Below the pieces are notes generated by a model. That model had not been told where the DNA came from. It did no database searches and saw only the letters and a list, made by a program, of their open reading frames with translations. This document shows, in pieces, positions 1-13,180 of a stretch of DNA of 64,000 bases. The position numbers and the translations under genes are program-made. The stretch is from Octopus vulgaris. Taxonomy: Eukaryota. Positions within the stretch are counted from its first letter, which is position 1; every line of letters starts with the position of its first letter. Location: NCBI GenBank assembly GCA_951406725.2, contig OX597820.1, positions 115,010,001-115,074,000 of the forward strand, read 5' to 3'.

Positions 1-1487
1 TATAGCGGTCCTTCCAGAACTCTCGAATGGTTTGTGCTCTCCGTCACCTCAAAGCAGTGGTGCAACAGGTGTTTGGTGAAGAGCTTCTTGAAATTAGAAA
101 TCACCTACTGGTCCATGGACTGCAGGATAGGGGTGGTGTTGGGTGGAAGGTAGAGAACCTTTATAAACTTGAACTCTTCAAGGATGTCATCTTTCAAGGT
201 TAGGTGGGTGAGCGGGTGCATTGTCCAGGATGAAAACAGCTTGCAAGGGTAGTTATTTTCCTGGAGATATTTTTTAACATTAAGACCAAAGACAAAATTC
301 ACCCACTCCACAAAGAACTACCTGGTGACCCATGCCCTTGGGTTTACCCACCACATAACCCAGAATCTTATGGGACTTGAAGGCTCTGAGGTTTTCCAAA
401 TAATAAACAAGCAGTAGTTTAATCTTGCAGTCGCTGCTCGCATTGGCATATAGTGCAAAGGTTAGCCTACCCTTCATAGGTTTGTGGCCTAGCATCCTCT
501 TCTCCTCTGCTGTTATCTAAGTCTTCCTTGGCATCTTCTTCCAAAAAAGTCCTGTCTCAGTTGAAGACTTGCTGGGGGATGTATCCTTTGGCTGCTATAA
601 TTCCAGCAAAAGCTTTGAAGTAATCCTCAGCAGCCTTCATATCCACGCTCGCTGTCTCACCATCCCTGACAGAGAATAAATACTGGTCCTCTTTTTAAAA
701 TTCTCGAATCATCTCCAACTGGCTTTAAATGGCTTGCCCGATGCCTCATCTGGACAAGTGCCTGGGGTCAGCTGCAGCAAACCAGCGTAAATAGCTTGTG
801 CCTTCTTGCAGATTATAGCCTCCACCATGGTATCTCCTGCAAGCTTTCAATGCCCTTGGCTGGCGTTATAACCTTTATCGACTCCTCCTACTTCAGTGTG
901 GTGCAAATCGTAGAAGTGCTCAGCTCACACTGCTTCACCAAGTCAACTACATGCACACCTTGGTCATGATTTTCGATAATTTCTTTCAATGCACATCATC
1001 CGCTTCTTCTCAGCACTGTCCTTTGCACTCACTGTCTTCAGACCCATGGTTGGAAAAATGAAGTTTTGGAAAATAACTGCAAATACAATTGCGAGCACAA
1101 CAACACTGATTGCTTCTGTAGCCTGCAATGACTAAGTAAGCATTTTACTACCCATCTAGCTAACGATCCACTAACGATCCTCTAACGATCTTCGCACTTG
1201 CTAGCTATGCATGTCTGTCTAGCTATCAATCTACTAATGGTCTTTGTACTTGCTAACATGCATGTCTATCGAGCTATCGAGTAAGATGTGGGATGCTGGG
1301 TGGATGTTACAGCATTCACTGTGGTGTTCGCTACACCAACTCGTGGTCGGGTATCTGGTGGGGTATTTGAAGCTGGCTCAGAACCCGAATTTTAGCTTGC
1401 AACTCAAAGCAAAAAAAATCAGCTGAGAGACAGATCGTACTTCGAAAAAATTCATAGTTGGGACACTCATAAGCCAAGGTAGCACTG
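1..1487 (-). mobile_element. Degenerate Tigger/pogo-like (Tc1/mariner superfamily) DNA transposon
   Basis: Broken transposase (GHKPMKGRLT...ANAS; LPPNTTPILQSMDQ), ATG near 1048. CAGTGCTACCTTGG terminus at 1487. Confidence 0.8.
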
Positions 1488-1782
1488 GACTTATTTTCTT
1501 TATAAGCCTGGCACTTATTCTATCGGTCACTTTTGCTGAGCTGCTAAGTTATGAGGATATAAACACACCTACACCGGTTGTCAAGCAGTGGTGAGGGACA
1601 CGCACACAAATATGTATACACGACAGTCTTCTTACAGTTTTTTATCTTCCAAATCCACTCACAAGGCTTTGGTTGGCCTGAGGCTATAGCAAAAGACATT
1701 TACCGAAGATACCATGCAGCAGGACTGAACCTGGAACCATGTGATTGGAAAGCAAGTTTCCTACAACACAGTCACAACTGCA
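1488..1782 (-). mobile_element. tRNA-derived CORE-like SINE (family A), partial
   Basis: Similar to the copies at 61760 and 63503. Confidence 0.7.
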
Positions 1783-1797
1783 CTTTATATATATATA

Positions 1798-2220
1798 CTT
1801 TATTTAAAGCAGCAGAAAATTCAACAAAACGGGGAAACTCAGAGTAACAGGTTTTGTTGAATTTTCTGCTGCTTTAAATAAAGCATATTACTCTACCCCT
1901 GGTATTTGAGTACTCTTTTTTCCACCTTGTTTCACATTTATGTGTTTACTCCAGTATATATATATTCTTTACTCTGTTATCTCCCCTACTTCTTACCTCT
2001 CGTGTGTGACCCTTCTGTCTGACAGTCGCCATGATAGATCGTTAGCCACTACACACATTTTTTTCTCTCCTTGTTATTTTTCTGTGTCCCTTTCTGTAGA
2101 AGAGCGTAGGCACGAAACGTAAAAGACTTTTTCTATTCCTGAGCGTTATACTAATACATCTGTTTGTTTTGTACACCACCTGTCTCCGTCTTTTGTTTAT
2201 TTTAGGAAACTCTCCCTATA
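1798..2220 (+). mobile_element. Penelope-like terminal fragments in (TA)n, with a 33-bp perfect inverted repeat (1798-1830/1851-1883) and hammerhead-like motifs
   Basis: Related copies at 55990-56115 and 37139-37290. Hammerhead-like motifs at 1834-1850 and 2090-2125. Confidence 0.6.
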
Positions 2221-2902
2221 TCTATACATATATACATATACACAAATTTGTATACACATACACAGATATTGGCTTTGATATTCATCCTTCAGAGATGAAT
2301 ACATCTATCTATATATAAAGGGGGGGTGCAGAGAGTATATCTAAGTTTGTAATAAGGGGAAAGTTAAATTAGCAACTAAATACCCTAAAGAATTTTTGTC
2401 TCTTCTGCAGTTTTAGTTTAAATCACAACTGGCATCAAATGGCTTATTCCTGCAAAGTCCATAAATTTAATGCTGATGATTCAGTGGACCAACTCCTCAA
2501 TGAAATATCAACCTTGTGCATAGTGACAAAAACAAAAATCAATAATCTACACAGAAACTGACTAAACCATTTGGATAAGTATATGAACAACTGCCAATGT
2601 GTCATGTGTGTCTATGCATAAATGCATACACACAGTAGTACACACACACACACAGCAAATATGACAATAGCACGTTCTCTACTTTCATGATAAGACCAAA
2701 ACTATCAATTATACAACCACCACCACCACCATCAGGCACCAGTACTAATATTACCAAAGCCATCAACCACACCTACAATATGCTACTAATGTAAGAATCT
2801 CTATGTAGTTACTAAATCTACTAGAAATAGCAGCCCAAAATATCCTTCAACTCACATTCCTACATCCTATCACTGGACAGAACAAATTACATAAATGCAA
2901 TC

Positions 2903-2941
<39 letters not shown>

Positions 2942-3142
2942 TATATATATATATATATATGTATGTATATATATATACATATAAAACAACAGGAAAGTCA
3001 TGGCTGGAATGCTACCACCACTACTATTAGAGTCATCACTCACCACCATCACCATCCAGCATTAATAAACTACTGAAGCTGCTCACCACAACTAAAAACA
3101 CCAACCACCATCACCACTGCTGCAAAAGCTAGCAGCCATAAA

Positions 3143-3175
<33 letters not shown>

Positions 3176-3797
3176 AAGTTACAACACAGACACAAGTCAA
3201 AGGCAAAAATATAAAAACCTCAGATAATATTGATGTTTCTATATTTGTCTGCTTTCCAATTCCAACCTCCACATCAACACACTAAGATCCACCACAGTCT
3301 CAGTGAAGGACAACTTTAGTCAGTTTTTCATCCTCTTCACCGTTTTCTGGTCTATTTATAATTCAATGCACTTTGCATCTTTTTTTAAAACTGTATCTGG
3401 AGCAAGTAATGATAATCTTTGCGCTACATTGATTCAAATAGTCTTTTATTGATTCCAATCATTAGACTACAGCCCTGATGGGGCACTACTTAAAATATTT
3501 TGATCAATAAATCTTAGGACAAATTTTAGTCTTTATCAAGCCTTATTTATCAAACAGCTAAGTTACCATTATATTAGAGGGATGTAACAAGATGCTGTGT
3601 TTTTTCATTATTTCTCTCTCTCTCACACACACGCATTTATGTTTCTTATAATAAAAATTGACAATCAACTCAAGTTTCCCCCTTGGCTCATCACAACTGT
3701 GAATGAAATGAAATGAGGCCTGTGGTAGTTATAAAACTAATAGGAAGGGTTTGTTTACGTGTGGCTGGGACTCAGCTAATGCTGGCACTGTCTTGTA

Positions 3798-4122
3798 TCT
3801 TTTACTTGTTTCAGTCATTAGACAGCAACTATGCTGGGGCACCAATTCTATTGAACTCTTCTGCCAAACCATTTAGTCAGAGGGACATAAACACACCAAC
3901 ACTGGTTGTCAAACGGAGGTAGGGTACAAACAAACACAAAGGCATATATGTATAGATATATACGATAGGCTTCTTTCAGTTTCCGTCTACCAAATACACT
4001 CACAAATCTTTGGTCAGGCTGAGGCTATAGTAGAAGACCCTTGCCCAAGGTGCCACGCAGTGGGACTGATCCTGGATTCATGTGGTTGAGAAGGAAGCCT
4101 CTTACCACAGAGCCATGCCTGT
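3798..4122 (-). mobile_element. CORE-like SINE (family A)
   Basis: tRNA-like head, CCTTGGGCAAG core, GAAACAAGTAAAAGA tail. Confidence 0.7.
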
Positions 4123-4259
4123 ACATATCTACATATAATATACTCTTTTATTTTCAGTTGCTTCAATTGATGAACTGTGGCCATGCTTGAGCACTATCTA
4201 ATTTTTACTTTTGTTTATTTATTTATTACACCCCCCCCCCATCCCTTTTGTTGAAGTTT

Positions 4260-5235
4260 TATGATTGGAAGTTGGTCTATTATTGAGTTACTGATCTTCT
4301 TGTGTGTAACCTTGGATAGTTGGCTGGTCTGGTATTTTGGTTAGGATTTCCTTGAATGTTTTTCGAATGTTTCAATAAAAATCTTTGTATGTTTCTGATT
4401 TCACTAGGCAGGCAGTTGAACACTAGAGGGCGACTAAATATCAGATTGTTGCAGTAGAGTGTCCTTGCTCGTGATTTTGAAAGTGGCAGAATCAACCAGT
4501 TCTTGCATTAAAGCTTTCTTGAATGTTAAAGTTTGGAAGATGATCTTCCAGGAACTTTTATACATAAATAACAACATATCTCTCCTGGCACTGTTCAAAA
4601 AATGTAGAAACAGGGAAATTTGAGAAGATCCCAGTAATTAAACCTGATCACCAAAGTTTCTTTACTAATGAACAATCTCTGTAACGCTTCAATTTCTTCT
4701 ATGAGATCAAGTGTGTTAGAGACCAAAGCTGTGTACAGTAATCTAGTCTAAACAAAATCAAGGTTTTCTCTAGAGTCAGCACAACTACTTGTTCTATGGT
4801 TATTAACCCTTTAGTGTTTTAACTGGCCAAATCCAGCCCAATATATTCTACATGTTTTATATTCAAACTGGCGATATCTAGCCTCTCACTTCTAACCTAC
4901 AATGCCATTCTGAAAATAAGTAATCACATCATTGAAACCTCAAAGCTATAAGATAATGCATGATTAATTCAAAACAATTTGAGTGAAAAAGTATTACATT
5001 TAACAGAGTATTCTGAACACTAAAGGGTTAAGGCTTTTAGGACTCATCCTTTGAGATGTCTGCATTTAGAGATCAAGTTGGTAATGCGTCTAATGTAAGA
5101 CATGATTACTGCCAAATCCCATATTCTATTAGATCTTTGTGCTGTTATCTGGTGTTGAATAATTTATGTTGCACCTGTCAATTCTGTACTGAAGAACCTG
5201 AAATTTTGATGCGTTAAATTTCATGTTTTCATCTA
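4260..5235 (-). mobile_element. Degenerate non-LTR retrotransposon RT C-terminal fragment, interrupted by a MITE
   Basis: FNCLPSEIRNI-type LINE C-terminal motif in ORF 4280-4495. Confidence 0.5.
4807..5027. mobile_element. piggyBac-like MITE
   Basis: TTAA flanks (4803-4806, 5028-5031). TIRs CCCTTTAGTGTT/AACACTAAAGGG. Confidence 0.75.
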
Positions 5236-5264
5236 TTCATTAATAGGTGAGATTTAACTCATTA

Positions 5265-5268
5265 TGTA

Positions 5269-5316
<48 letters not shown>

Positions 5317-5504
5317 TACACATATATACATATATATGCAAATATATATATATATACATAAACATATATACATACACATATATACATATATATGCAAATA
5401 TATATATATATACATACCTATACATATATATATACCTATATACATATATATACAAATATATATACATACCTATACATATATATATACCTATATACATATA
5501 TATA

Positions 5505-5544
<40 letters not shown>

Positions 5545-5815
5545 TCATATACATACATATATATATATGGATACCTATATATATATATATAGATAGATAG
5601 ATAGATATAGATACCTATACATACATATATATACAAATATATATATACATACCTATACATACATATACCAATACATACAAATGTGTGTATATATATATAT
5701 ATATATACATATACACATGTATATATATATACATATATATATATATACATACACATATATACATACGTACACACACATATATATGCATACATATATATAG
5801 ATATATATACATATA
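5265..5815. repeat. Complex (TA)n/(CA)n microsatellite
   Basis: Read directly. Source of the YI-repeat pseudo-ORFs. Confidence 0.95.
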
Positions 5816-5841
5816 AATTTAAATTGATTAAGTATCACTAA

Positions 5842-6310
5842 CATCATCATCATCATTTAACATCTGCTTTCTATGCTGGCATGGATTGGACGGTTTGACT
5901 TAGGACTGGCAAGACAGAAGGCTGCACCAGGCTCCAATCTGATCTGGCAAGGTTTCAACAGCTGGATGCCCTTCTTAACACCAACCACTCTGAGAGTGTA
6001 GCAGGTACTTCTTACGTGCCACCGACACAGCGTCCAGTCAGGCAGTACTGGCATTGACCACGACCACGCTTGAATGGCACTTTTTATGTGCTACTGGCAC
6101 AGGAGCCAGTCAGGCAGAGCTGGTATTGACCACAATTGTATGATGCATTTTATGTGCCACCAGCGCAGGAGCCAGTCCGGAAGGATTGGCATTGTCCACG
6201 ATCAAATGGTGCTTTTTATGTGCATCGGACACTGGTGCCAGTTACGCGTTACTGGCATCGGCCACCAGTAATTTTACTTGACTCCACAGGTCTTCTAAAG
6301 CGTAGTTTAT
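5842..6310 (-). mobile_element. RTE LINE 3' fragment (tandem-repeat 3'UTR and (GAT)n tail)
   Basis: Matches the 3' end of the element at 29782-33030. Confidence 0.75.
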
Positions 6311-6339
6311 TCAACAAATGTCAAGAACCCAGATTCCAC

Positions 6340-6830
6340 AAAAACAGTTCACTGGGAGCTGCATAAAGCCGGATTTCATGGGAGGGCTGCAATCAGAAAC
6401 CACTACTTTCAAAAGCAAACATTGCAAAGCATTTAGAGTGGAGTAAAAACTTAGAATTGGTCCCTAGAGCAGTGGAAGAATGTTATTTACTAGGACAAGT
6501 CATCCTTTACCTCATTTCCAACCACCAGCCGAGTATACGTGTTGAGACGGCCAAAAGAAACATTTGACCCAGACTACCTTCTTCCAGGTGTTAAACATGG
6601 AGAAAGATCTGTGAAAATCTGGGGAGTAGGGGGCTATATCTTGAAAATCTGCTGGCCCAATGGTTTCTCTTCATGGCAGATTTAATAGTCATGACTATTT
6701 AAGCATTTTATCTGATCAAATTCATGCTATGGTTGCAGAACTGCTTCCAGAGAGAAATGCAATCTTTCAGGATGACAATGCACCTATTCACACAGCTAAA
6801 GTTGTTACTGAATGGCATGAGGAAGAAGGG
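6340..6830 (+). mobile_element. Tc1-like transposase fragment
   Basis: IFQDDNAPIHTAKVVTEW motif. Upstream PGVKHG and frameshifts. Confidence 0.8.
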
Positions 6831-8094
6831 GAGGCAGAGGTGGAAGGAGGATTGTCTATACATTGGAGGCTTAGAAGTTAACTTCTGAGCTTTTATTGAA
6901 GTTCATTAATGAAAAGATTCAAGCAAAGTAAAATGATTATATAATAGATATTGACTGAACTGTCCTACACTACTTTAATTAATTGGGTTTTATGAGCATT
7001 AATTAATAGGGCAAATGTGGTTAAGAAATACACTTTGCAACCACGTGATTTCAGGTTTGATCCCACTGCATTAACCATGGCACTAACAGTAGAATTGGGT
7101 AGATTGAAATTGCACCTGAGTTTGTTGGATAAGCTCAACCTGTTCTTATTCCATTTAACATCTGATTTAACAGATGTAACTTGGTAGAGTTCACTGTTAC
7201 ATTCAAACCAGGACTCCTCTTTTATAACAATAACTAGACAACCTGATACACTGTTCTTTTTTTTTTTACTATTATTTCTTTTGACTGTAACAACCCAAAA
7301 CCCATTCTTGAGTCCTGGGTTGTTACAGAAACTTTGTCCTGAGCCTCAAAGACTTTAACTCATTTACAACACTAAAAGTCACACAATTATATTAATTGGA
7401 GCTAATTACCAGCTAATGAAATATATTTGATATTACGTAAATATACACTTGTTAATAAGCACATCACCTAGGGCCTACAAACTTATGATCAAAGCATTCC
7501 AACCATGACCATACCATTTCTTTGCATATCCAGAACTACATTGACCATTTTTATTCTTTTTTAAACAAAAAAAAAAGAGATAAGGTAGTTTGATTTGAGG
7601 GAAGCTTGACTGCTATTTCTCACAGGTTAACCATCATGTAGAGGCTCCCTAGTTGTGAAAAAGTTGTTTTTTTTCTTTTGAAAAAGTTATACAAGACACT
7701 AATAGCACACACATAAACACACAAATACACAAACATATACGCCTGCCTGTAAAACAGGTACACACAAATGCAAGCAACCATAAACACACACAGACTCAAA
7801 CCAGCACAAACACACACACATGCTTCTGTGCACAACATTTTCAGATGGACACACACACACACACACATCCAGCCAACCCTTCCACGCAGGCACTATTATT
7901 GGTTATGCAAACTGAAACAGGCAGTGCTATGAAACTTAAACAGAATAAGAACAGAACTTGCGACCACCTCATTGTTGATTGGATCCTCAATAATACAAAC
8001 CATACTTTCCAGTTACAAGTCTAAAAATATGCACCAGTCAACTTGTGTTGCAGACCAAAACACTCACCATGCATACACACACATATATGGATAT

Positions 8095-8390
8095 CACGTG
8101 GTCACGTGACCGACCAGACCATCAGATGTTGTTACACATCGCTGGTCACAATGCGTTCGCATTGTTTTTAGCCTTCGAATGACGCCACCCCGCTGGCTAA
8201 GCAAGCAGGCCAACAGAAGAAAGAGTGGTGAAAGAGTACAGCAGGGATCACCACCACCCCCTGCCGGAGCCTTGTGGAGCTTTTCATGTGTTTTCACTCA
8301 ATAAACACTCACAACGCCCGGTCTGGGAATCGAAACCGCGATCCTACGACCGCGAGTCCACTGCCCTAACCACTGGGCCATTGCGCCTCC
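8095..8390 (-). mobile_element. tRNA-derived SINE (family B, tail type 1)
   Basis: Head TGGCCCAGTGG...GGTTTCGATTCCC (A/B boxes). Flanking ATATGGATAT duplication. Confidence 0.85.
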
Positions 8391-9035
8391 CCATATGGAT
8401 ATACATTCATTAATATAGACACCTGTACGTACACTAATACACCACCCACAAAGTTGTTCTACTCGCCATTATCTCCCATCTGCAGATCAATCTGTTATTG
8501 ATTCTCTATATTATATATTAATGAGAGCAGCTCCAGACAGAACATAAGAACAGCCAGAAATAGCAACCACTGACATCAGTGCTCTTGTAGACATCTGACA
8601 TTATGCAGGTGGCTTTTCAGCTGCTTGCCACCATCCTAACCAAACTATCCACAATAACCACCACCACCAATACCAGTACCAAACAAGCTGCTTTACAAAA
8701 GAGTAGCAAGCGTCCTGCCATGAGTCAATCAACAACGGAGCTTCTATGCAGTTGTTTGACCTGCTAGAAATAGAAGTCAAACCTCTTCTGAAAAAAAGGG
8801 ACACGTTAACTAATGTAGTTCTAGGTGTCCCACAAGAAAGGCCTTTGAAAACAGGTCTGCTTGCTCATGGTTGACCTGGGAGAATACCAAAGTTTCATGG
8901 TAATAATTCATGAGATGCATGAAGAAGAGCAAGAATCCAAACAATATCCATTCATTTTTAATAGGTTCTGGCAGATTCAAATATGAATAACTGATGAGAA
9001 TACTTCCACCCTTTAGATGATTTGTGTTCTTAAAT

Positions 9036-9530
9036 GCTGTGCGTGAGAAGACTCGGCAGGACAAGTGAGACCATAACCTGTGGCCTCTACCTGGGATATA
9101 GCCAGTCCACTTATGCATACCTTTCCTTCTTGGGACACAAAACTCTGCTTGCGAAGACCTATTGAGGCAATCGAAATCGATCAAAAATCAATGGAAATTG
9201 TAGTTGTGATACCAGTGCCGGTGGCACGTAAAAGAACCATCCGAACGTAGCCGTTGCCAGCGTCGCCTTGACTGGCCTCCGTACCAGTGGCACGTAAAAA
9301 TCACCAACCAATCATGGCCATTGCCAGCCTCGCCTGGCACCAGTGCAGGTGGCACGTAAAAAGCACCCACTACAGTCACGGAGTGGTTGGCATTAGGAAG
9401 GGCATCCAGCAGTAGAAACACTGCCAGATCTGACTGGCCTGGTGCAGCCTCCTGGCTTCCCAGACCCCAGTTGAACGGTCCAACCCGTGCTAGCATGGAA
9501 AGCAGACATTAAATGATGATGATGATGATG
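9036..9530 (+). mobile_element. RTE LINE 3' fragment
   Basis: Same 3'UTR and (GAT)n tail as the 29782 element, opposite strand. Confidence 0.8.
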
Positions 9531-9931
9531 AATGCATATGATTTACAGGTGTAGCTTTGAGACACTACAGTGATATAACTTCAAATGGCTCTTCAGTCAA
9601 AGCATCCCCAGACCAATGAATCTAACAAGAATATTGGCTCTTGTTTATAGAGATTAGTAAAAAAATTTGCTGATGATTGCTGATGTCTACCTAACTGATT
9701 ATAATTAATGGGGTGCACACAGTACAGCAAGAATCCAAACAATAACATATCCATTCATTTGAAAGACGTTTTGGCAGAGTCATATACAAATATCTGATAA
9801 CTGCTAATTGTTCGTCATCTCCCTTTAGACAATATGAGTTCATAACACATGCGATTCCCCAGTATAAGAGAACTTTGAGATATCATGGTGTTTGGATCAT
9901 ATTCTGCGTCTCCTCTTGTGAATCACTTTAA

Positions 9932-10152
9932 CCCTTTCGTTACCAACCCGGCTGAAACCGGCTCTGGCTCTTTAGCATAAATGTCTTGTTTTCATAAGTT
10001 TGGAATTAAAATCTTCCACCAAATCTTAGTCACAATTTATGTTCCTAACACTAGATGAATGATAACGATGTTATTTTACTAAATTCTTTTTTATATTTAA
10101 AATAATTGGAAGAAACACAGAGCATTTCAAAATAAATACAGTAATGAAAGGG
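9932..10152. mobile_element. piggyBac-like MITE (second family)
   Basis: TTAA flanks. TIRs CCCTTTCGTTAC/GTAATGAAAGGG. Confidence 0.75.
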
Positions 10153-11359
10153 TTAAGAACACGCATTGTCTAAAGGGAGGAGGTATTCTCTGATGTGATC
10201 AGAACTGCTAGAACATACTAAGAATGGATACATTCAAGTTTCATGTTGCCATGGATATATCTACAAAAGAACAGTCTTCTTCTGGGGCTCATATATGCTC
10301 AATCTCACAATCAATACATGCTGTGATGGCCATGTGGGCACAATTGCCAGACTAAGCCCTTTTGTTTTGGGGTAGAGACATTCTTTAATATCACAAACAT
10401 TCAGATTATTTTGTGAATTGCAAAACTCCATAAGACTGAGGGTCAATTCCTGTTTCCGTGGATGTGACATAGAGTTTGGACAATCAAAGTAAGGCAGAAC
10501 ACTAAACAATGTTTAGTTGTCAAGTAGTTTAGTAGTTGTGATTGCAAGTGTGTTGTCAGCTAGGATAAAAACAAAATGTTTACATGGCCAAAAGATCCTG
10601 GCAACAAAACATCTGATGTCAAGTAAGTCAGCATTGAATCAGGGATGCCAAATAGGCAAGGCCAAATCATCACATATCCTCATCTAGCAGAAAGCTACCT
10701 TCCTCTCTATTGTAGCCCCACTCAGTTGAAAGAGATTTTAGTCTTGCAAGTTGCATGTTTTCTACATTCACTCTGTAAAGTAGTTGGTGTCAGGAAAGGC
10801 ATCCAGCCAAAAACAGATATCCTAAAAAGAGAAGGTATGAAACAAGGTTCTCTGATCCACCTAAGAGAACAGTGACTAAGTAAGAACTAATTCAGATTGT
10901 AATGACATATTCAACCTATGGAAAAAAATACATGATGATGATCTCTTCAGTTTCATTCAATAATTAACCCAGCATTTATTTAACACATTACATACACTGA
11001 CCACATCTGGTTTAAATTATAGATTGGAATTTTTCAGATTTTACTATCATTTTAGACAGATCCAAAAGGTTCAGAGTTTTAGTTACATATATTGATTATA
11101 CTGATATTATAATCCTTATATTTAAGGTTATTAGAAATATAGGATAATTGAAAATATAAGTCATTTGATATTTCATAACTGAATATCAATGACTAATGAC
11201 TTATTTTTATGAACCTTTGACATCTTTATTCTGTTCTACAAGCAATCAAAATTTGATGTATTCAAAGAAGCAGTGGAGTATCAGACTCAATGCACTAATA
11301 TTAATTATCATTAAAGCTATTATATGCTACATTCGTTAGCAGGGATGTTGTCTTAAGGT

Positions 11360-11700
11360 TTGGTGACAAGTTTCCTCAAACCATAAGAATGTATCTTAAG
11401 ATTTTTGCAGAATGGGGGATGGAACTTTTCTGCAGGTTACCAATGTGTGTCTCAATTCCAACATCCTTCAGCTTCTTAGATTTGGGTGCTGTGATAATTG
11501 TTACCACAGGAACAATTGTCACCTTTGTTCTCCACAATCTCTTCAACTCTCTGGTTAGGTTCTGATATTTCTCAATTTCTTTGGTATCCTCTCTATTATC
11601 ATACGATATTGCAAAATCTATGATCTTACACTTTTTTTATGTCCTCCATAATCTTATCTGGTCTGCTTGCTTCAAAAGTATGGTCAATTTATTACCATCT
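11360..11700 (-). mobile_element. R4/Dong-like LINE restriction-like endonuclease fragment
   Basis: Hand translation gives KIIDFAISYD...EIEKYQNLTRELKRLW..KVTIVPVV. Confidence 0.65.
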
Positions 11701-11893
11701 TCATCATTACTGCTATATATTCCTTCTAGAATTGCATCTACAATTATGCTGAGGCAGAATAAAAAAAGAAGTTTCTTTCCTTCGATAAAACCAGGAGTTA
11801 ATGCTGCAAGTGAGATGTCAACTACCTTCATGAAACAAACTAAATGAGATAAAAATTAAATAAAATTTTAAAAATATTGCTGAATTATCTTAC

Positions 11894-12024
11894 CTGTCAT
11901 GTTCTTCACAAAGAGTGCCATGTTCTCAAATGTCTTTTTGGAACTGTTGAAACGCACCACAGACCTAGAGTGGTGAAAGAACATGATATTCGGAACTGAT
12001 ACCACTCCAAATCTGGCATTGAGG
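11894..12024 (-). CDS. TXNDC15: TXNDC15-like, coding exon 3 (SLNARFGVVSVPNIMFFH...FVKNMTG)
   Basis: Polypyrimidine tract with ttccag|C acceptor, donor G|GTAAG. 131 nt, phase 2 to phase 1. Continues the thioredoxin fold in frame from exon 2. Confidence 0.88.
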
Positions 12025-12560
12025 CTGGAAAGGAAAAACAGGAGAAAACAAAGGAGGAAATTAGTAAACTGAATGTTATTGGAATACTTAATTTTATAAG
12101 GGGTTAGTGTATGTGACAGAGTCAAGAGCACTGTCCAAAGCACTACTCCTACTTTAAATGACAGAGAACTGCACTGGGATAGATGTATGTGAAGTGAAAA
12201 AGTACCATGCTCCCCTATACTGGTAGATGGAGTGTGCCACCCTTGCTGCAATAGAGAGTTTCACAAATATGTATCCTGTATAATAATCTTCATCATCATC
12301 ATCATCATACAGTGTTTTAAATCCGGGTTTTGTCCCCATTAACGGGGGTGACCAGATCGACCTCAGTGCCTATGGCAACTGCTCTCACATCATCTTGCCA
12401 GGTTTCAGGCATCCTCCTTTTTCAAACCAACCCTCCCATTCTCCTCCACCACCTGTCCCTTCCATCTTTTCTTCAATCTACCTTGCTTTCATGCTCCATT
12501 TACCTCAACCATAATCATCCTCATCAGAACATGTTCTTCATCCCTCCTCAACACATGCCC

Positions 12561-12797
12561 ATACCTATTTCTTTACTACCCACAAGGGGCTAAACACAGA
12601 GGGGACAAACAAGGATAGAGAAACGGATTAAGTCGATTATATCAACCCCAGTGCGTAACTGATACTTATTTAATCGACCCCAAAAGGATGAAAGGTAAAG
12701 TCGACCTCGACAGAATTTGAACTCAGAACGTAGCGGCAGACGAAGTACCGCTAAGCATTTCACCCGGCGTGCTAATGTTTCTGCCAGCTCACCGCCT
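12561..12797 (-). mobile_element. Meta-domain-like SINE (family C)
   Basis: CCTTTCATCCTTTtGGGGTCGAT...AAGTA central domain. Confidence 0.75.
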
Positions 12798-12947
12798 ATA
12801 CCATCTCACTCTATTTGCCCTTGCCAACCATTCCACCTTCGAATTTTTATCTTTGCAGTTTCAAAATAGATAAATATTGACAGGTGAAAAAAAAGGAGGT
12901 GGGTTGTTAACATTAGGAGGTGCAATGTGACAGAAAACCATAACAGA

Positions 12948-13180
12948 TATTTCTTTATTGCCCACAAGGGGCTAAACATAGAGGGGACAGACAAGGACAG
13001 ACAAAAGGATTAAGTCAATTACATCAACCCCAGTACGTAACTGGTACTTATTTAATCGACCCCGAAAGGATGAAAGGTAAAGTCGACCTCGGCAGAATCT
13101 GAACTCAGAATGTAGCGGCAGACGAAATACCGCTAAGCATTTTGCCTGGCACGCTAAAGTTTCTGCCAGCTCGCCGCCTT
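12948..13180 (-). mobile_element. Meta-domain-like SINE (family C)
   Basis: 14-bp TSD AAAACCATAACAGA (12934-12947 and 13181-13194). Confidence 0.85.

Noticed and set aside
2390-3420. Final transmembrane exon of TXNDC15
   Set aside because: Minus-strand frames checked by hand near 2400-2520 and 3180-3420 hit stops and show no GP-containing linker followed by a hydrophobic helix.
5240-5856. YI/HT-repeat ORFs (also near 50913, 52267, 56233 and 59118)
   Set aside because: These are translations of microsatellites.
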